In this document: in pieces, positions 38,878 through 48,980 of the stretch
Numbering within the stretch: the stretch's first letter is position 1
Layout: each line of letters opens with the position of its first letter
Assembly: GCA_012837735.1 (NCBI GenBank)
Contig: DUQP01000036.1
Location: 7,152 to 71,151, forward strand
Reading direction: 5' to 3'
DNA from: Bacillota bacterium
GTDB taxonomy: Bacteria; Bacillota; Sulfobacillia; UBA3575; DUQP01
DNA length: 64,000 nucleotides
Notes under the pieces: generated by a model
Databases searched by the model: none
Seen by the model: the letters and a program-made list of their open reading frames with translations, nothing else
Told to the model about the DNA's origin: nothing
Translations under genes and position numbers: made by a program

Positions 38878-39122
38878 TACAAAAAAAGCCCACGAAGGTA
38901 CTCCGTCGGCTAAGCCAAGGGGTACTCAACTCCCGTTTGAGATAGCACTCCACCGCCTTCCCGGGAAAGGAAAGCAATGACAGTGTTGTACCTGTTCAGC
39001 ACAACCCCAGCCCAGGGGTACCGGCCACCGCCCGGGCTTCGGCGGAGGCCCCTTTCCTTACCATTCATCAATGCCCTTTTCCTGGCAAGTACTGATGGCA
39101 TCCGCACCTCTACCTCACTAAC
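38878..39122 (-). ncRNA. Lysine riboswitch (L-box) with intrinsic terminator, in the 5' leader of dapB
   Basis: The minus-strand RNA contains GTAGAGGTGCGGAT, GGAAAGGGGCCTCCGCCGAAG, CTGTCA and GGTGGAGTGCTATCTC, matching conserved L-box segments of B. subtilis lysC (AGAGGTGCGAAC / GAAAGGGGAGCGTCGCCGAAG / CTGTCA / GGAGGGCTATCT). The match is by sequence recollection, not a model search. The leader ends in hairpin GCCGACGGAG-uac-CUUCGUGGGC plus U7 about 45 nt before the dapB start. Confidence 0.7.
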
Positions 39123-39224
39123 GTGAGTAGTGAGGTAACCCTATCCCTATTTTTTTACATCATAGCATATGGACGGAAACAGTGTCAACGAAGTAGGAGC
39201 GGCCACCGGGCCGCTCCTTCCAGT

Positions 39225-39728
39225 TTACCTGCGCACGTCGTGGGTCTCCACGTCCCGGGCCCCGTTACCGCGGAATATATCCGCGGCCTGGCTAACCCGT
39301 CGCTCATCTGCCTTCACCAAGGCGATGATCCCGCCGGAGCGTAATCGTTGTTCATATTCCCGCCCGCGTTCTTCCGGAATGCCCCAGTCCAACAAACCCC
39401 CGGCCACACCGCCCGTAACGGCGCCACTCAATACACCTGCGATTGGGCCCGCCGCCACGATTGGGCCAATGCCAGGAATAGCCAGGGCACCAGCTCCAGC
39501 CAGCAGGCCCGCCAATCCACCGATGGCACCACCCCAACTCACACCAGTGCCCAGTTGTTCGCCAGTACCCATGGTGGTATCTATGCCACCACTGCCACTT
39601 TCCCGCCCGCTTTCATCACGGGCAATGATGGAGATCTCGTTCTGCCTGAAACCCCGGCTACGCAATTCCTGCACAGCTTGTTCCGCATCATCCCGCGATG
39701 TGAAGACACCGATTACCGATTTTTCCAC
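39225..39728 (-). CDS. General stress protein YflT/GSP17M-like (glycine-zipper)
   Basis: 167 aa; N-terminal VIGVF..EQAVQELRSRGF domain and central Gly-rich zipper. Confidence 0.55.
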   Translation of the reverse strand: MEKSVIGVFTSRDDAEQAVQELRSRGFRQNEISIIARDESGRESGSGGIDTTMGTGEQLGTGVSWGGAIGGLAGLLAGAGALAIPGIGPIVAAGPIAGVLSGAVTGGVAGGLLDWGIPEERGREYEQRLRSGGIIALVKADERRVSQAADIFRGNGARDVETHDVRR

Positions 39729-39815
39729 TTAACCAACCTCCCCTGGCGTTCTCACGTTTATTGTTGCCTAATTACCACCATCATCATTCAAGATTTGCTC
39801 AGGGAGGCAGAGACA

Positions 39816-40070
39816 TTATTCTACTTTTACGATCATCAGGTCGGGACCAATCCGCACGACTGCTTTCCATGGTATCCCTATTTGCCGGCGATGACCAATG
39901 TTAAGCAAACCTTTGTCAAGCGGCACCAAAATTTCCGCGATCTCCCCTGTCTGAGGATCAATGGTCAAATCCGAGTCCCCCACGCGGCCCAAACGCGTGG
40001 CGTCGCCCACATTGACAATTTCCTTACCGCGCATTTCGCTCAACCGCAAATACATCACCACCCCATTCAA
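39816..40070 (-). CDS. ymxH: PRC-barrel sporulation protein YmxH/YlmC family
   Basis: 84 aa; PRC barrel (GKEIVNVGDATRLGRVGDSDLTIDPQTGEI); located upstream of dpaA as in Bacillus. Confidence 0.7.
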   Translation of the reverse strand: MNGVVMYLRLSEMRGKEIVNVGDATRLGRVGDSDLTIDPQTGEIAEILVPLDKGLLNIGHRRQIGIPWKAVVRIGPDLMIVKVE

Positions 40071-40450
40071 CGGTAATCCTGGCGGTCAAAAAACGGGTAG
40101 ATAATCGCCACCAATAATGCTATCCCAGCCAGTGGTTCCACCTGAAAGCCAAACGGTAAATGCAAGCGGGCCGGGAGCTCGATCTGCAAAAAACTGACCA
40201 AAAGCACCAATGAAACATAAATCCCGCCGGCCGTGGCGACTAAATCCCGCACAGCACGTGATATCGGTGAAGGTTGCGGAACAACCGGTAAATCGCTCTC
40301 TTGACGCACAGACAGGTTGGCAGCGCGCCTGTGCACGGAAAGCACCGAGAGCGCCGCCAGAATGAAGATGCCGATCAAGATCCCCGCCATCACCCCACCC
40401 CTCCTTCCCCTTACCCCAGGATTATGCGGGTCAGGAGGGATTTTGCGCAA
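40067..40450 (-). CDS. Small hypothetical membrane protein
   Basis: Two to three hydrophobic helices; start uncertain (internal MAGILIGIF). Confidence 0.35.
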   Translation of the reverse strand: MRKIPPDPHNPGVRGRRGGVMAGILIGIFILAALSVLSVHRRAANLSVRQESDLPVVPQPSPISRAVRDLVATAGGIYVSLVLLVSFLQIELPARLHLPFGFQVEPLAGIALLVAIIYPFFDRQDYR

Positions 40451-40481
40451 AAAAAATTGGGGGTTTCACCCCCACAAGCTT

Positions 40482-40935
40482 TCAACCCGTGTGCCCAAAA
40501 CCGCCCTCGCCACGTTCCGTTTCGGCCAGCTCTTCCACTTGGACCAAATCCGCTCTGCCCACCCTGGCAAACACCATTTGGGCGATCCGGTCTCCCCTGC
40601 GGATGGTGACAGGTGCCTGGCCGAGGTTGATCATGATCACTTGGATCATACCCCGAAAATCGGCATCGATCGTGCCGGGACTGTTCAGCAAAGTCAATCC
40701 GGTACGCAATGCCAATCCACTGCGGGGTCGCAGTTGCGCCTCCCAGCCGGGGGGAATCTCCATAAAAAGTCCAGTGGGCACCAAAGCAGTCTCTCCCGGC
40801 TGCACAACCATTTCCTGCGTCACAGCAGCAGGGATGTCCAATCCTGCGCTCCCAGCCGTCATATAACGGGGCAAAGGGAGATCCCTGGCCGCTGTATTCC
40901 GTCTAATGCGCACCGTCAATTCCATTTTTCTCCCC
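40482..40935 (-). CDS. dut: dUTP diphosphatase
   Basis: Start MELTVRI (RBS GGGGGAG); motifs AGLDL-like (SAGLDI), [15 protein letters not shown]. Confidence 0.85.
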
Positions 40936-42204
40936 CGTTCCGACCACTGTTTGCAGGTACCAATGCCCATCGGCAGCCAGTTCCGGACCCACCAGAGCAA
41001 TTGTCGGTGGTTTAGCAAACAGTCTCTTGGCCAATTTCTGTACTCCTTCTGGGGTGGTGGCAGAGAGTTTTTGGATCACCTCGGCCGGTGGTATCACTTT
41101 CCCCATTAACAGCTCCATCCGCCCCAGTCTGCTCATCCGCGCACCAGTGTTTTCCAAATTCATCATCAATGTTGCCTTGAGCTGCGCCACAGCCCGCTCG
41201 TGTTCCTCTGTCGTGATGCCGTCTTGCTTGATGTTCGCCAATTCTGTCCGGACCAGATCCACGACCGCTTTCACATTGCCCGGGTTCATGCCCGCATAGA
41301 CGGTCAATAAGCCACAATCTCGGCATGACTGCAAGTAGGAATACACAGAATAAGCGAGACCGCGATCCTCTCGTATACCCTGAAAAAGGCGGGAACTGCT
41401 GCCGCCACCAAGCAAATTATTTAACACCTGCAGATGATATATATCCTGGTCATCATGTCCCAGACCGGTCACGCCCAGACAAATATGGGCCTGTTCAATC
41501 GCTCTCGTGATGACGGCCAGCCGTGATCCGGCTTGGGCAGGGCTCCCGATTGCTGTTTTGCCGCCCGTTGGCAGTGCACTGAAGACATCTGACACGATCT
41601 GAACCAACTCATCGTGTACCAGGTTGCCGGCGGCAGCGATCACAATATTGTCTGCCGTGTAGTGGTTTGCGAAGAACCGCTGCAAATCACTGCGACTGAA
41701 GGTTTGTACCGTCTGCTCCGAACCCAGCACCGATCTGCCCAGCGGATGCCCATGCCAAATAGTAGCGTTGAACAGATCGTGGACCAAATCTTCCGGCGTG
41801 TCTTCATACATACGGATCTCTTCTATGATAACACCTTTTTCCCGTTCTATATCATCCTCATCAAAGCGCGATGCCAGCAACATATCCGCCAGCAATTCCA
41901 AACCAGTAATCATGTATTCATCCAAAATCCGCACATAAAAACAGGTATACTCTTTGCCGGTGAAGGCATTTAATTGCCCACCTACTGATTCGATCTGTTC
42001 CGCTATCTCTCTGGCAGTGCGGTGCTCAGTCCCCTTAAAAAGCAAATGCTCCAGGAAATGCGTGATCCCAGCCTGATCTTCCGCCTCACTGCGGGAACCA
42101 ATCCCCACCCAAACTCCGATCGCCACTGAGCGCACACTGTTAACATGTTCCGTCACGAGCCGTAATCCGTTTGGCAGCGTAGTTTTCTGATAATGGCTGG
42201 TCAA
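40903..42204 (-). CDS. M16 family zinc peptidase (MlpA/YmxG-like)
   Basis: 433 aa; inverted zinc-binding motif HFLEH ([14 protein letters not shown]). Confidence 0.85.
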   Translation of the reverse strand: MTSHYQKTTLPNGLRLVTEHVNSVRSVAIGVWVGIGSRSEAEDQAGITHFLEHLLFKGTEHRTAREIAEQIESVGGQLNAFTGKEYTCFYVRILDEYMITGLELLADMLLASRFDEDDIEREKGVIIEEIRMYEDTPEDLVHDLFNATIWHGHPLGRSVLGSEQTVQTFSRSDLQRFFANHYTADNIVIAAAGNLVHDELVQIVSDVFSALPTGGKTAIGSPAQAGSRLAVITRAIEQAHICLGVTGLGHDDQDIYHLQVLNNLLGGGSSSRLFQGIREDRGLAYSVYSYLQSCRDCGLLTVYAGMNPGNVKAVVDLVRTELANIKQDGITTEEHERAVAQLKATLMMNLENTGARMSRLGRMELLMGKVIPPAEVIQKLSATTPEGVQKLAKRLFAKPPTIALVGPELAADGHWYLQTVVGTGEKNGIDGAH

Positions 42205-43064
42205 TGATGCCGCCCCTTCCTGATCTCCTGCCGCAAACGCCGTAGGAATTCCAGGTTCTCTTGATCATCCTGTTCGCTCTTGCGTGGGGTTTCCAGAACC
42301 GCCGGCAGCTGGCCCAGCACAGGATGAGAAAATAGATTCTTAAACCCCTTTCCCCCAATCTCGCCCTTCCCAAGCGCTGCGTGCCGGTCAAAGCGTGAAC
42401 CAGCCTTACCAACGGCATCATTGACATGAATCAGTTTCACAGTTTCCCAACCACAATATTCCTCAACCTCATTCAGCATATTCTGCCAACCCTCGGGAAC
42501 CGTAAAATCGTAATCTGCCACGAAGGCATGACAGGAATCCAGGCACAGGCCGACCGGCAAACTCTCCTTTCGCAAGCTATGGCACAACGCCCCCAGCTCC
42601 CGAAAGCGAAAGCCAATCTCATTGCCCATGCCGGCAGCATTCTCAAGCAATAGTGCCACCCCGGAAACGTCAGCTACAGTGAACGCTTCCATCACAGCGG
42701 TCTGCGTCCTGACCAGGCCCTGCTCAGCATCTTCATTATGTCCACAGTGAATGACCAGGTACGCGGCTTGTAAAGTGGCGGCGCGTTGCAATTCCTGGCT
42801 GATAATTTCCACTGCCGCCCGCCAGGTGGCTTTTTCCTTGGCAGCGGCATTCAAAAAATATGGGGCGTGCACCACAAGAGGCCGAATATCGGCCTCTTGA
42901 AGGATCCTGTGCATATCCTGCACGTCATGTTCTGTCAACGGGCGGGCTGCACCACCCCGCGGGCTACGCGAAAAAATCTGCATGGTCTCACAACCTAAAG
43001 AGACCGCCCTTGCAGCTGCTTTTTTCATTCCGCCAGCGATCGAAACATGGATCCCAATTCTCAT
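42201..43064 (-). CDS. nfo: Endonuclease IV (AP endonuclease, xylose-isomerase-like TIM barrel)
   Basis: 287 aa; conserved metal-binding His/Asp/Glu positions of Nfo (HAPYFLN, LLENAAG, HVND). Confidence 0.8.
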   Translation of the reverse strand: MRIGIHVSIAGGMKKAAARAVSLGCETMQIFSRSPRGGAARPLTEHDVQDMHRILQEADIRPLVVHAPYFLNAAAKEKATWRAAVEIISQELQRAATLQAAYLVIHCGHNEDAEQGLVRTQTAVMEAFTVADVSGVALLLENAAGMGNEIGFRFRELGALCHSLRKESLPVGLCLDSCHAFVADYDFTVPEGWQNMLNEVEEYCGWETVKLIHVNDAVGKAGSRFDRHAALGKGEIGGKGFKNLFSHPVLGQLPAVLETPRKSEQDDQENLEFLRRLRQEIRKGRHH

Positions 43065-45289
43065 CGCCGTCTTCTCCGTGGTGGCCCGTTGCGGCGCTGG
43101 CCATTGGTCCGGTCCCCGTTGTCCGCCGTCTCGCCTTTAGCGGCCAACAAGACCTCTTTCCGCGACAAGTTAATACGTCCCAGATTGTCGATCTCTGTGA
43201 CTTTCACTTCGATCTCATCGCCCACGCTGACCACGTCTTCCACTTTGCCAACCCGCCCTTCTGCCAGCTGGGAGATGTGCACCAATCCTTCCTTGCCTGG
43301 CAGGATCTCCACAAAAGCCCCGAAATTCATGATCCTGGCCACCTTGCCGCGGTAAATCCGGCCGACCTCCACATCCTGGGTCAAATCCCTGATCCATTGC
43401 CGGGCCCGCTCCCCGGCCTCCTGATCCACGGCAGCTATAAAAATCCTGCCGTCATCCTCAATATCGATTTCCACGCCCGTTTCGTTGATGATCTTGTTGA
43501 TCATCTTGCCACCCGGGCCAATTACATCGCGAATCTTATCGGGATCGATCTGCTCTACGATCATGCGCGGCGCATATGGGGATAGTTCCGCGCGCGGTTC
43601 CGCAATTGTCTCTAACATCCGCTGCAAAATCAAGAGGCGGGATTCCCGGGCAATGGCTAAAGCCTTTGCCAGCACATCCCGGTCGATTCCAGCAATCTTC
43701 ATATCCATCTGGATCGCGGTCACACCTTCTTTTGTGCCCGCTACCTTGAAGTCCATGTCACCAAGGGCGTCTTCGATCCCCTGGATGTCCGTCAACACCA
43801 CTACCTCTTTTTCATCTTTCACCAGCCCCATCGCCACGCCTGCCACTGGGGCTTTGATGGGCACGCCAGCGTCCATCAAGGCCAGGGTAGAACCGCACAC
43901 GCTCGCCATCGATGTGGAACCATTGGAGGAAACCACTTCCGAAACCAATCGGATTGTATACGGAAAAGATTCCTGGTCCGGAATGACCGGCAGTAAGGCG
44001 CGCTCCGCCAAAGCACCGTGGCCGATCTCGCGCCGGCCCGGACCGCGCATCGGCCTGGTCTCGCCAACGCTATATGGTGGGAAGTTGTAGTGATGTAGGT
44101 AACGCTTGAATTCTTCCTGCCCGAGCCCATCCAGATGCTGCACATCGCTGATTGGCCCCAGCGTAGTAATGGTCATCACTTGCGTTTGGCCGCGCGTGAA
44201 CAAGCCTGATCCATGGGTTCTGCGTAACAATCCAACCTGGCAGGCAATCGGCCTGATTTCGTACGGAGTGCGGCCATCCGGACGGATACCCCGTTCTAAA
44301 ATGCTTTTACGCACCTCTGCTTTTAAGATCTGGCGCAGGACAGCATCGATGTTTTTGGCCTGGTCCGGGTACTGTTCGGCCAACATCTCCTTTGTGTGTG
44401 CCTTGACGTCCTCTATGGCCGCTTCCCGGGCCGCCTTATCATTGTTCATGATCGCTTCCTGCATGGCAGAACGGGCAATATTCTCTACAGCAGCAACCAA
44501 TTCCGGCTCTACTTCCTCCGGCTTGACCTGGACTTTTTCTTTCCCTACTGCTTGTTGTATCTTAGTGATCCAATCCACAATCTTCATAATCTCTTGGTGG
44601 CCGAACATGATCGCTTCCAAAATTACTTCTTCCGGAACCTCCTGAGCCCCCGCCTCTACCATCAAAACAGCATCTTTAGTGCCCGCCACGACCAGTTCCA
44701 GCGCACTATTAGCCAACTGTTCGCTGGTGGGGTTAATCACGTATTCCCCGTCTATGTAACCGATTTCCACTGCTCCGATCGGACCGTCAAACGGGATTTC
44801 AGAAATACTTAAGGCCACGGAGGCACCAATCAGACTGCACAGCTCCGGCTTGTTGTCGTAGTCCGTCGCCATTACTGTGGTCACGACCTGTATTTCATTC
44901 CGGAAACCGTCCGGGAACAGCGGTCGCAAGGGTCTGTCAGTCAAGCGGGCAGCCAAAATGGCCCGCTCGGCAGGGCGGCCCTCCCGCTTTACAAACCCTC
45001 CTGGGATCCGCCCGACGGCATAAAGGCGCTCTTCATAATCCACCGTCAAAGGAAAGAAATCAACTCCCTCCCGGGGTTCCTTCGACATAGTGGCTGTCAC
45101 CAGTACTTCCGTTTCACCATACCTGATGAGGGCGGAACCACTCGCCTGCTGCGCCAGTTGCCCAATCTCAGCGATCAACTTTCGACCGCCCAACTCCATT
45201 TCGAACTGTTTCGCGGAAGGCAGTTGTTCGTCGAGAATCTGAACTGCCTTTTCTCCCTCTGGAAGCAAAATAATCCCCCTCTCGCTCAC
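43061..45289 (-). CDS. pnp: Polynucleotide phosphorylase
   Basis: 742 aa; two RNase PH domains, KH and S1 domains, Arg-rich C-terminal tail (GPPRRRRR). Confidence 0.95.
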   Translation of the reverse strand: MSERGIILLPEGEKAVQILDEQLPSAKQFEMELGGRKLIAEIGQLAQQASGSALIRYGETEVLVTATMSKEPREGVDFFPLTVDYEERLYAVGRIPGGFVKREGRPAERAILAARLTDRPLRPLFPDGFRNEIQVVTTVMATDYDNKPELCSLIGASVALSISEIPFDGPIGAVEIGYIDGEYVINPTSEQLANSALELVVAGTKDAVLMVEAGAQEVPEEVILEAIMFGHQEIMKIVDWITKIQQAVGKEKVQVKPEEVEPELVAAVENIARSAMQEAIMNNDKAAREAAIEDVKAHTKEMLAEQYPDQAKNIDAVLRQILKAEVRKSILERGIRPDGRTPYEIRPIACQVGLLRRTHGSGLFTRGQTQVMTITTLGPISDVQHLDGLGQEEFKRYLHHYNFPPYSVGETRPMRGPGRREIGHGALAERALLPVIPDQESFPYTIRLVSEVVSSNGSTSMASVCGSTLALMDAGVPIKAPVAGVAMGLVKDEKEVVVLTDIQGIEDALGDMDFKVAGTKEGVTAIQMDMKIAGIDRDVLAKALAIARESRLLILQRMLETIAEPRAELSPYAPRMIVEQIDPDKIRDVIGPGGKMINKIINETGVEIDIEDDGRIFIAAVDQEAGERARQWIRDLTQDVEVGRIYRGKVARIMNFGAFVEILPGKEGLVHISQLAEGRVGKVEDVVSVGDEIEVKVTEIDNLGRINLSRKEVLLAAKGETADNGDRTNGQRRNGPPRRRRR

Positions 45290-45362
45290 TCAACCAGCTA
45301 CAAAATTCCTGCTGGTTTTCGACACTACCAATATCATTTCCTTCCAATGCCCAGTCGAATAC

Positions 45363-45390
45363 AAAAAGGGGAGCTTTACACTCCCCTTTT
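45363..45390 (-). terminator. rpsO terminator / pnp leader attenuator hairpin
   Basis: AAAAGGGGAG-tgtaaag-CTCCCCTTTTT on the minus strand between rpsO and pnp. Confidence 0.6.
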
Positions 45391-45409
45391 CTAAGCTCGT
45401 TTTTCAACC

Positions 45410-45679
45410 CTACCGGCGCAGGCCGAGCCGCTGAATCAGGTCACGATAGCGTTCCACGTCAATGTCCCTCAGATAGTTCAACAACCGCCGTCGTTGACCG
45501 ACCATCATCAGCAAACCCCGGCGCGAATGGTGGTCTTTCTTGTGCTTTTTGAGGTGCTCCGTCAAGTATTTGATTCGTTCTGTGAGCAGGGCGATTTGAA
45601 CTTCCGGAGAACCCGTGTCATGATCATGCAATTTGTACTTATCGATGATTTCTTTCTTGGTGCTGGGCGCTAATGGCAC
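45410..45679 (-). CDS. rpsO: 30S ribosomal protein S15
   Basis: 89 aa from GTG (RBS GGGGAGGTGA); sequence [35 protein letters not shown]. Confidence 0.9.
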   Translation of the reverse strand: MPLAPSTKKEIIDKYKLHDHDTGSPEVQIALLTERIKYLTEHLKKHKKDHHSRRGLLMMVGQRRRLLNYLRDIDVERYRDLIQRLGLRR

Positions 45680-45775
45680 CAGCCTCACCTCCCCTGTGTG
45701 TAGATCCCCGCAAGCCAAGAATACCGTCGGGGGAGCGGTAGTCCTAGCAAACGGTTGCAACCTCTGCTTGCATAT

Positions 45776-45804
45776 ATTTTAGCAGACCTGGCGCAGGTTG
45801 TAAA
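45776..45804 (-). promoter_or_regulatory. Putative sigma-A promoter of rpsO (TTTACA-N17-TAAAAT)
   Basis: Minus strand directly downstream of the ribF stop; leaves a leader of about 95 nt typical for the S15-autoregulated rpsO mRNA. Confidence 0.5.
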
Positions 45805-45805
45805 C

Positions 45806-46738
45806 TTAATCGCATGGCACAAGCAGCCGACGGGCTTGCGCCACATCGGCTCTGATCTGCTCCTGCAAAGCCCGACGGTCTGGAAACGGTCGCTCAGAAC
45901 GCAAACGCCTAAAAAATTCCACCCGCAGGATGCGACCATACAGTTCTTCGCCACCGGTCAGCAAATGCACCTCTAGACGTTCATCGCCGCCGCCAAATGT
46001 GGGCCGCCGTCCCAGGTTGCCCACGGCCGGCCGCGGTTGATCATCCCCATTCAGGTAGACCCGCAAAGCATAGACTCCCGCCAATGGCAATAGTTGTTCG
46101 GGGGGAGTGCGCAAGTTGGCAGTGGGAAAGCCGAGCTCCCGCCCGCGGGCGTCCCCTTTTTCCACCACACCTTGGACAGCGTAAGGCCGCCCCAATAACC
46201 GGGCTGCGGCTGCAATCTCGCCTTCCCCCAGATACTGGCGGATGCGCGTGCTGGACACCACCTCATCATTAATCCGGATCGGAGCAAAAATTTTCGTCTG
46301 AAACCCGTATTTTTCTCCAAACATGACAAGTGCCTCTCCGTCCCCTTCTCCTTGCCGGCCAAAGCGGAAATTGTAGCCGACTGCCACCTCACGCGCCTGA
46401 CAGCCTCGTCCTAACACTCGCTCGGCAAACTGCGATGCTGGCATATCCGCAAACTGTCTTGTAAATGGGATTACAAGTAGCTCGTCCACCCCAAGTGCGG
46501 CCAAAAACTCTGCTTTGGCAGCGGTAGTGGTCAACAGGTACCGCTTCGGCACCGTCTGAAAAAACATCATCGGGTGCGGGTTAAACGTGATTACCAGTGC
46601 CCGTCCGCCCTCGGCCCGCGCTCGTGCCACCAGATAGGCAATGATTTTCTGGTGACCGCAATGCACCCCGTCAAAACTCCCAACCCCCACATATCTTGCT
46701 GCTGTTGTCAGTTCATTCACATCAGAATAGATCCGCAT
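45806..46738 (-). CDS. ribF: Bifunctional riboflavin kinase / FMN adenylyltransferase
   Basis: 310 aa; GSFDGVHCGHQ and the C-terminal riboflavin kinase domain (GYNFRFG). Confidence 0.9.
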   Translation of the reverse strand: MRIYSDVNELTTAARYVGVGSFDGVHCGHQKIIAYLVARARAEGGRALVITFNPHPMMFFQTVPKRYLLTTTAAKAEFLAALGVDELLVIPFTRQFADMPASQFAERVLGRGCQAREVAVGYNFRFGRQGEGDGEALVMFGEKYGFQTKIFAPIRINDEVVSSTRIRQYLGEGEIAAAARLLGRPYAVQGVVEKGDARGRELGFPTANLRTPPEQLLPLAGVYALRVYLNGDDQPRPAVGNLGRRPTFGGGDERLEVHLLTGGEELYGRILRVEFFRRLRSERPFPDRRALQEQIRADVAQARRLLVPCD

Positions 46739-46754
46739 CTTCTCATCCGTCCTC

Positions 46755-47639
46755 TTAGCACAGCACCTTTTCCGGCTTCAGCACCGCCTGCGCCCCGTGA
46801 TAACGGGCTATTGCCAGCAGTCTGCCCTGATTGGCATCCTCCACCCGCACCAATTGTCCATCCGTTAATCCGGCCCACGGCAAAAAACGGCCATGGCAAA
46901 TCTGCTCTGCCTCGGCCTGGTTTACCGCCACCGCCGGCAAATGCGGCAAGGCTTCTCCCACGTCGACAAACACTTCCGCCAGCCTTTCCGGACCCAGCTG
47001 TGCCAGTTCCGCTAACGTTTGGGCTGTGGAAATTGGAAATGGTCCCACCTCCAAGCGCACCAAAAATGACATGTGGGCCGGGCAGCCAAGCGCTTCGCCC
47101 ATGTCGTGGCACAGGGAACGCACAAACGTCCCGCTGGCGCAACGCACATCCAACAGGGCACGGGCGTGCTCTCCAGGCCAAAAGCGTAGCACACGCAGCT
47201 CATCCACTCGTACTTGGCGGACAGGCAGTTCTACCGGTTCACCGCGCCGGGCCCGCCGATAAGCGGGCTGACCAGCCACTTTTACCGCCGAATAGCGCGG
47301 CGGCACCTGCCTGAGTTGGCCTGTGAAATCCATGGCCACCCGCCTCAGTGCCTGTTCATCAATGGAGCTGGCATCGCCGCTGGCAATCACCTGTCCTTCG
47401 CCATCCATTGTATCTGTGGCCTGGCCAAACGTAATTTCAACCCGGTACCTCTTATCATAGCCAACCAAATATTCGACTAACCGGGTGGCTCGCCCCAGGC
47501 AAACCACCAAAACCCCGGCCGCTCCCGGATCCAGCGTGCCCGTGTGGCCAATTCGCCTCATACCTGTTAGGCGCCGCAGGTAAGAAACCACATCATGGGA
47601 GGTCATCCCGACAGGTTTGATAACATTAAGGATGCCCAT
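46755..47639 (-). CDS. truB: tRNA pseudouridine(55) synthase
   Basis: Start at MGILNV; catalytic GHTGTLDP motif. Longest ORF extends to 47762. Confidence 0.9.
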   Translation of the reverse strand: MGILNVIKPVGMTSHDVVSYLRRLTGMRRIGHTGTLDPGAAGVLVVCLGRATRLVEYLVGYDKRYRVEITFGQATDTMDGEGQVIASGDASSIDEQALRRVAMDFTGQLRQVPPRYSAVKVAGQPAYRRARRGEPVELPVRQVRVDELRVLRFWPGEHARALLDVRCASGTFVRSLCHDMGEALGCPAHMSFLVRLEVGPFPISTAQTLAELAQLGPERLAEVFVDVGEALPHLPAVAVNQAEAEQICHGRFLPWAGLTDGQLVRVEDANQGRLLAIARYHGAQAVLKPEKVLC

Positions 47640-48606
47640 CAAGATACTTTCCCACCTCCGCCACCAGCTCGGCTTGGGCCCTTGCCATCCCCCCCAGAAC
47701 CGCGTATCCGGCCGCCCGCAAATGTCCACCACCGCCAAAGCGGGCTGCCAATTGGCTAACATCCACTTTTTCCCGCGAGCGCAGGCTGACCTTCACAGTG
47801 CCGTCATCTTTCTCGTGTAACAAAGCACCCACTTCACACCCTTGCACTGAGCGGGCATAATTCACAATCCCTTCCACATCCTGTTCTGTAGCACCGCTTT
47901 CCTGTCGCAACTGCTTGCTGACAGTCAATATTGCCAGTCGGCCCCCATAAAACAACTGCAACGTCTGCAGGGCATCGCCCAGTAAACGCAGAGATGGCAA
48001 AGAAACGGTCTGATAAACATTCTGGATGATCGTGGCCAGATCCGCTCCTAGATCCAGCAATTCGGCTGCCACACGCAAAGCGCCGGGGGTGGTGTTTTGG
48101 TACCGGAATGAACCGGTGTCGGTGGCAATCGCTGTATAAAGGCAAGTGGCTGTGGCAGGCTGGATCGGCACTTGGGCAGCCTGCAGGAGACGAAAAACCA
48201 GCTCTCCAGCGGCAGCCGCGTTTTGATCAACATAATTGAAATGGCCAAAGTTGTTGTTGCTGCGGTGGTGGTCCACATTCACCACTACCGTGGCGGACTG
48301 GGCCAAATCCGCTGCCGGACCCAACCTGTCCCAACCGGTGCAATCCAACACGATCGCCCGCTCAACAGCCCCAACTGTCTGCCAGGGAACGAACGCCTCC
48401 CGACCTGGCAAGAACTGATAGGTAGGCGGCAACGGATCGATCAGTACCGGTATCGCTTCGTGACCGGTCACCCGGAGAGCATGCCACAGCGCCAGCTGTG
48501 AACCAAGCGCGTCTCCATCGGGCTGGATATGCCCAAAAATGTGAAAGGTCTTGCCTTCAGATTCGCCCCACAGTTGACCGGCAACTGCCTCTAAACGGTT
48601 ATTCAT
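47626..48606 (-). CDS. nrnA: DHH/DHHA1 phosphoesterase (NrnA-like nanoRNase/pAp phosphatase)
   Basis: Start MNNRLE (48606); DHH motif region HIQPDGDALGS and C-terminal DHHA1 GGGH motif. Confidence 0.8.
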   Translation of the reverse strand: MNNRLEAVAGQLWGESEGKTFHIFGHIQPDGDALGSQLALWHALRVTGHEAIPVLIDPLPPTYQFLPGREAFVPWQTVGAVERAIVLDCTGWDRLGPAADLAQSATVVVNVDHHRSNNNFGHFNYVDQNAAAAGELVFRLLQAAQVPIQPATATCLYTAIATDTGSFRYQNTTPGALRVAAELLDLGADLATIIQNVYQTVSLPSLRLLGDALQTLQLFYGGRLAILTVSKQLRQESGATEQDVEGIVNYARSVQGCEVGALLHEKDDGTVKVSLRSREKVDVSQLAARFGGGGHLRAAGYAVLGGMARAQAELVAEVGKYLDGHP

Positions 48607-48973
48607 TGTTATTTTCCAAATCCCGCAGGATTGTTGACACACGCACACCCCGCTCGATCGAATCATCAAGAGCGAATCTGATTTCCGGCGTGTTGAACAA
48701 CCTTAACCGGCGTCCAATCTCACTGCGCACAAACCCGGCGGCACTCTGCAAGCCCCGCAAAGTATTCGCCTTTTGGTCTTCATCCCCCATAACGCTCACG
48801 AACACCCGGGCATGCCGCAAGTCGCCTGAGACCTCAACATCAACCACCGTCACGAACCCAATTCGCGGATCTTTAATCCCTTTTTGCAGCAGAGCGCTTA
48901 TTTCTTCCTTGATCGCCTCGGCCACCCGATATGACCTTTGCTTTGCCATCATACTCACCTCTTCCGCTGCCAT
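48599..48973 (-). CDS. rbfA: Ribosome-binding factor A
   Basis: KH-like RbfA sequence (RVAEAIKEEISALL...DPRIGFVTVVDVEVSGDLRHARVFVSV). Confidence 0.85.
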   Translation of the reverse strand: MAAEEVSMMAKQRSYRVAEAIKEEISALLQKGIKDPRIGFVTVVDVEVSGDLRHARVFVSVMGDEDQKANTLRGLQSAAGFVRSEIGRRLRLFNTPEIRFALDDSIERGVRVSTILRDLENNNE

Positions 48974-48980
48974 CCCTGCC

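Noticed and set aside
38910-39107. 65-aa minus-strand ORF upstream of dapB
   Set aside because: It lies entirely within the region whose sequence matches conserved lysine-riboswitch segments, so it is better explained as structured RNA.
39169-40076. Plus-strand ORFs of 187 aa and 242 aa overlapping the YflT-like, ymxH and small membrane protein genes
   Set aside because: Antisense to conserved minus-strand genes, with Pro/Arg-rich low-complexity translations and no start signals.
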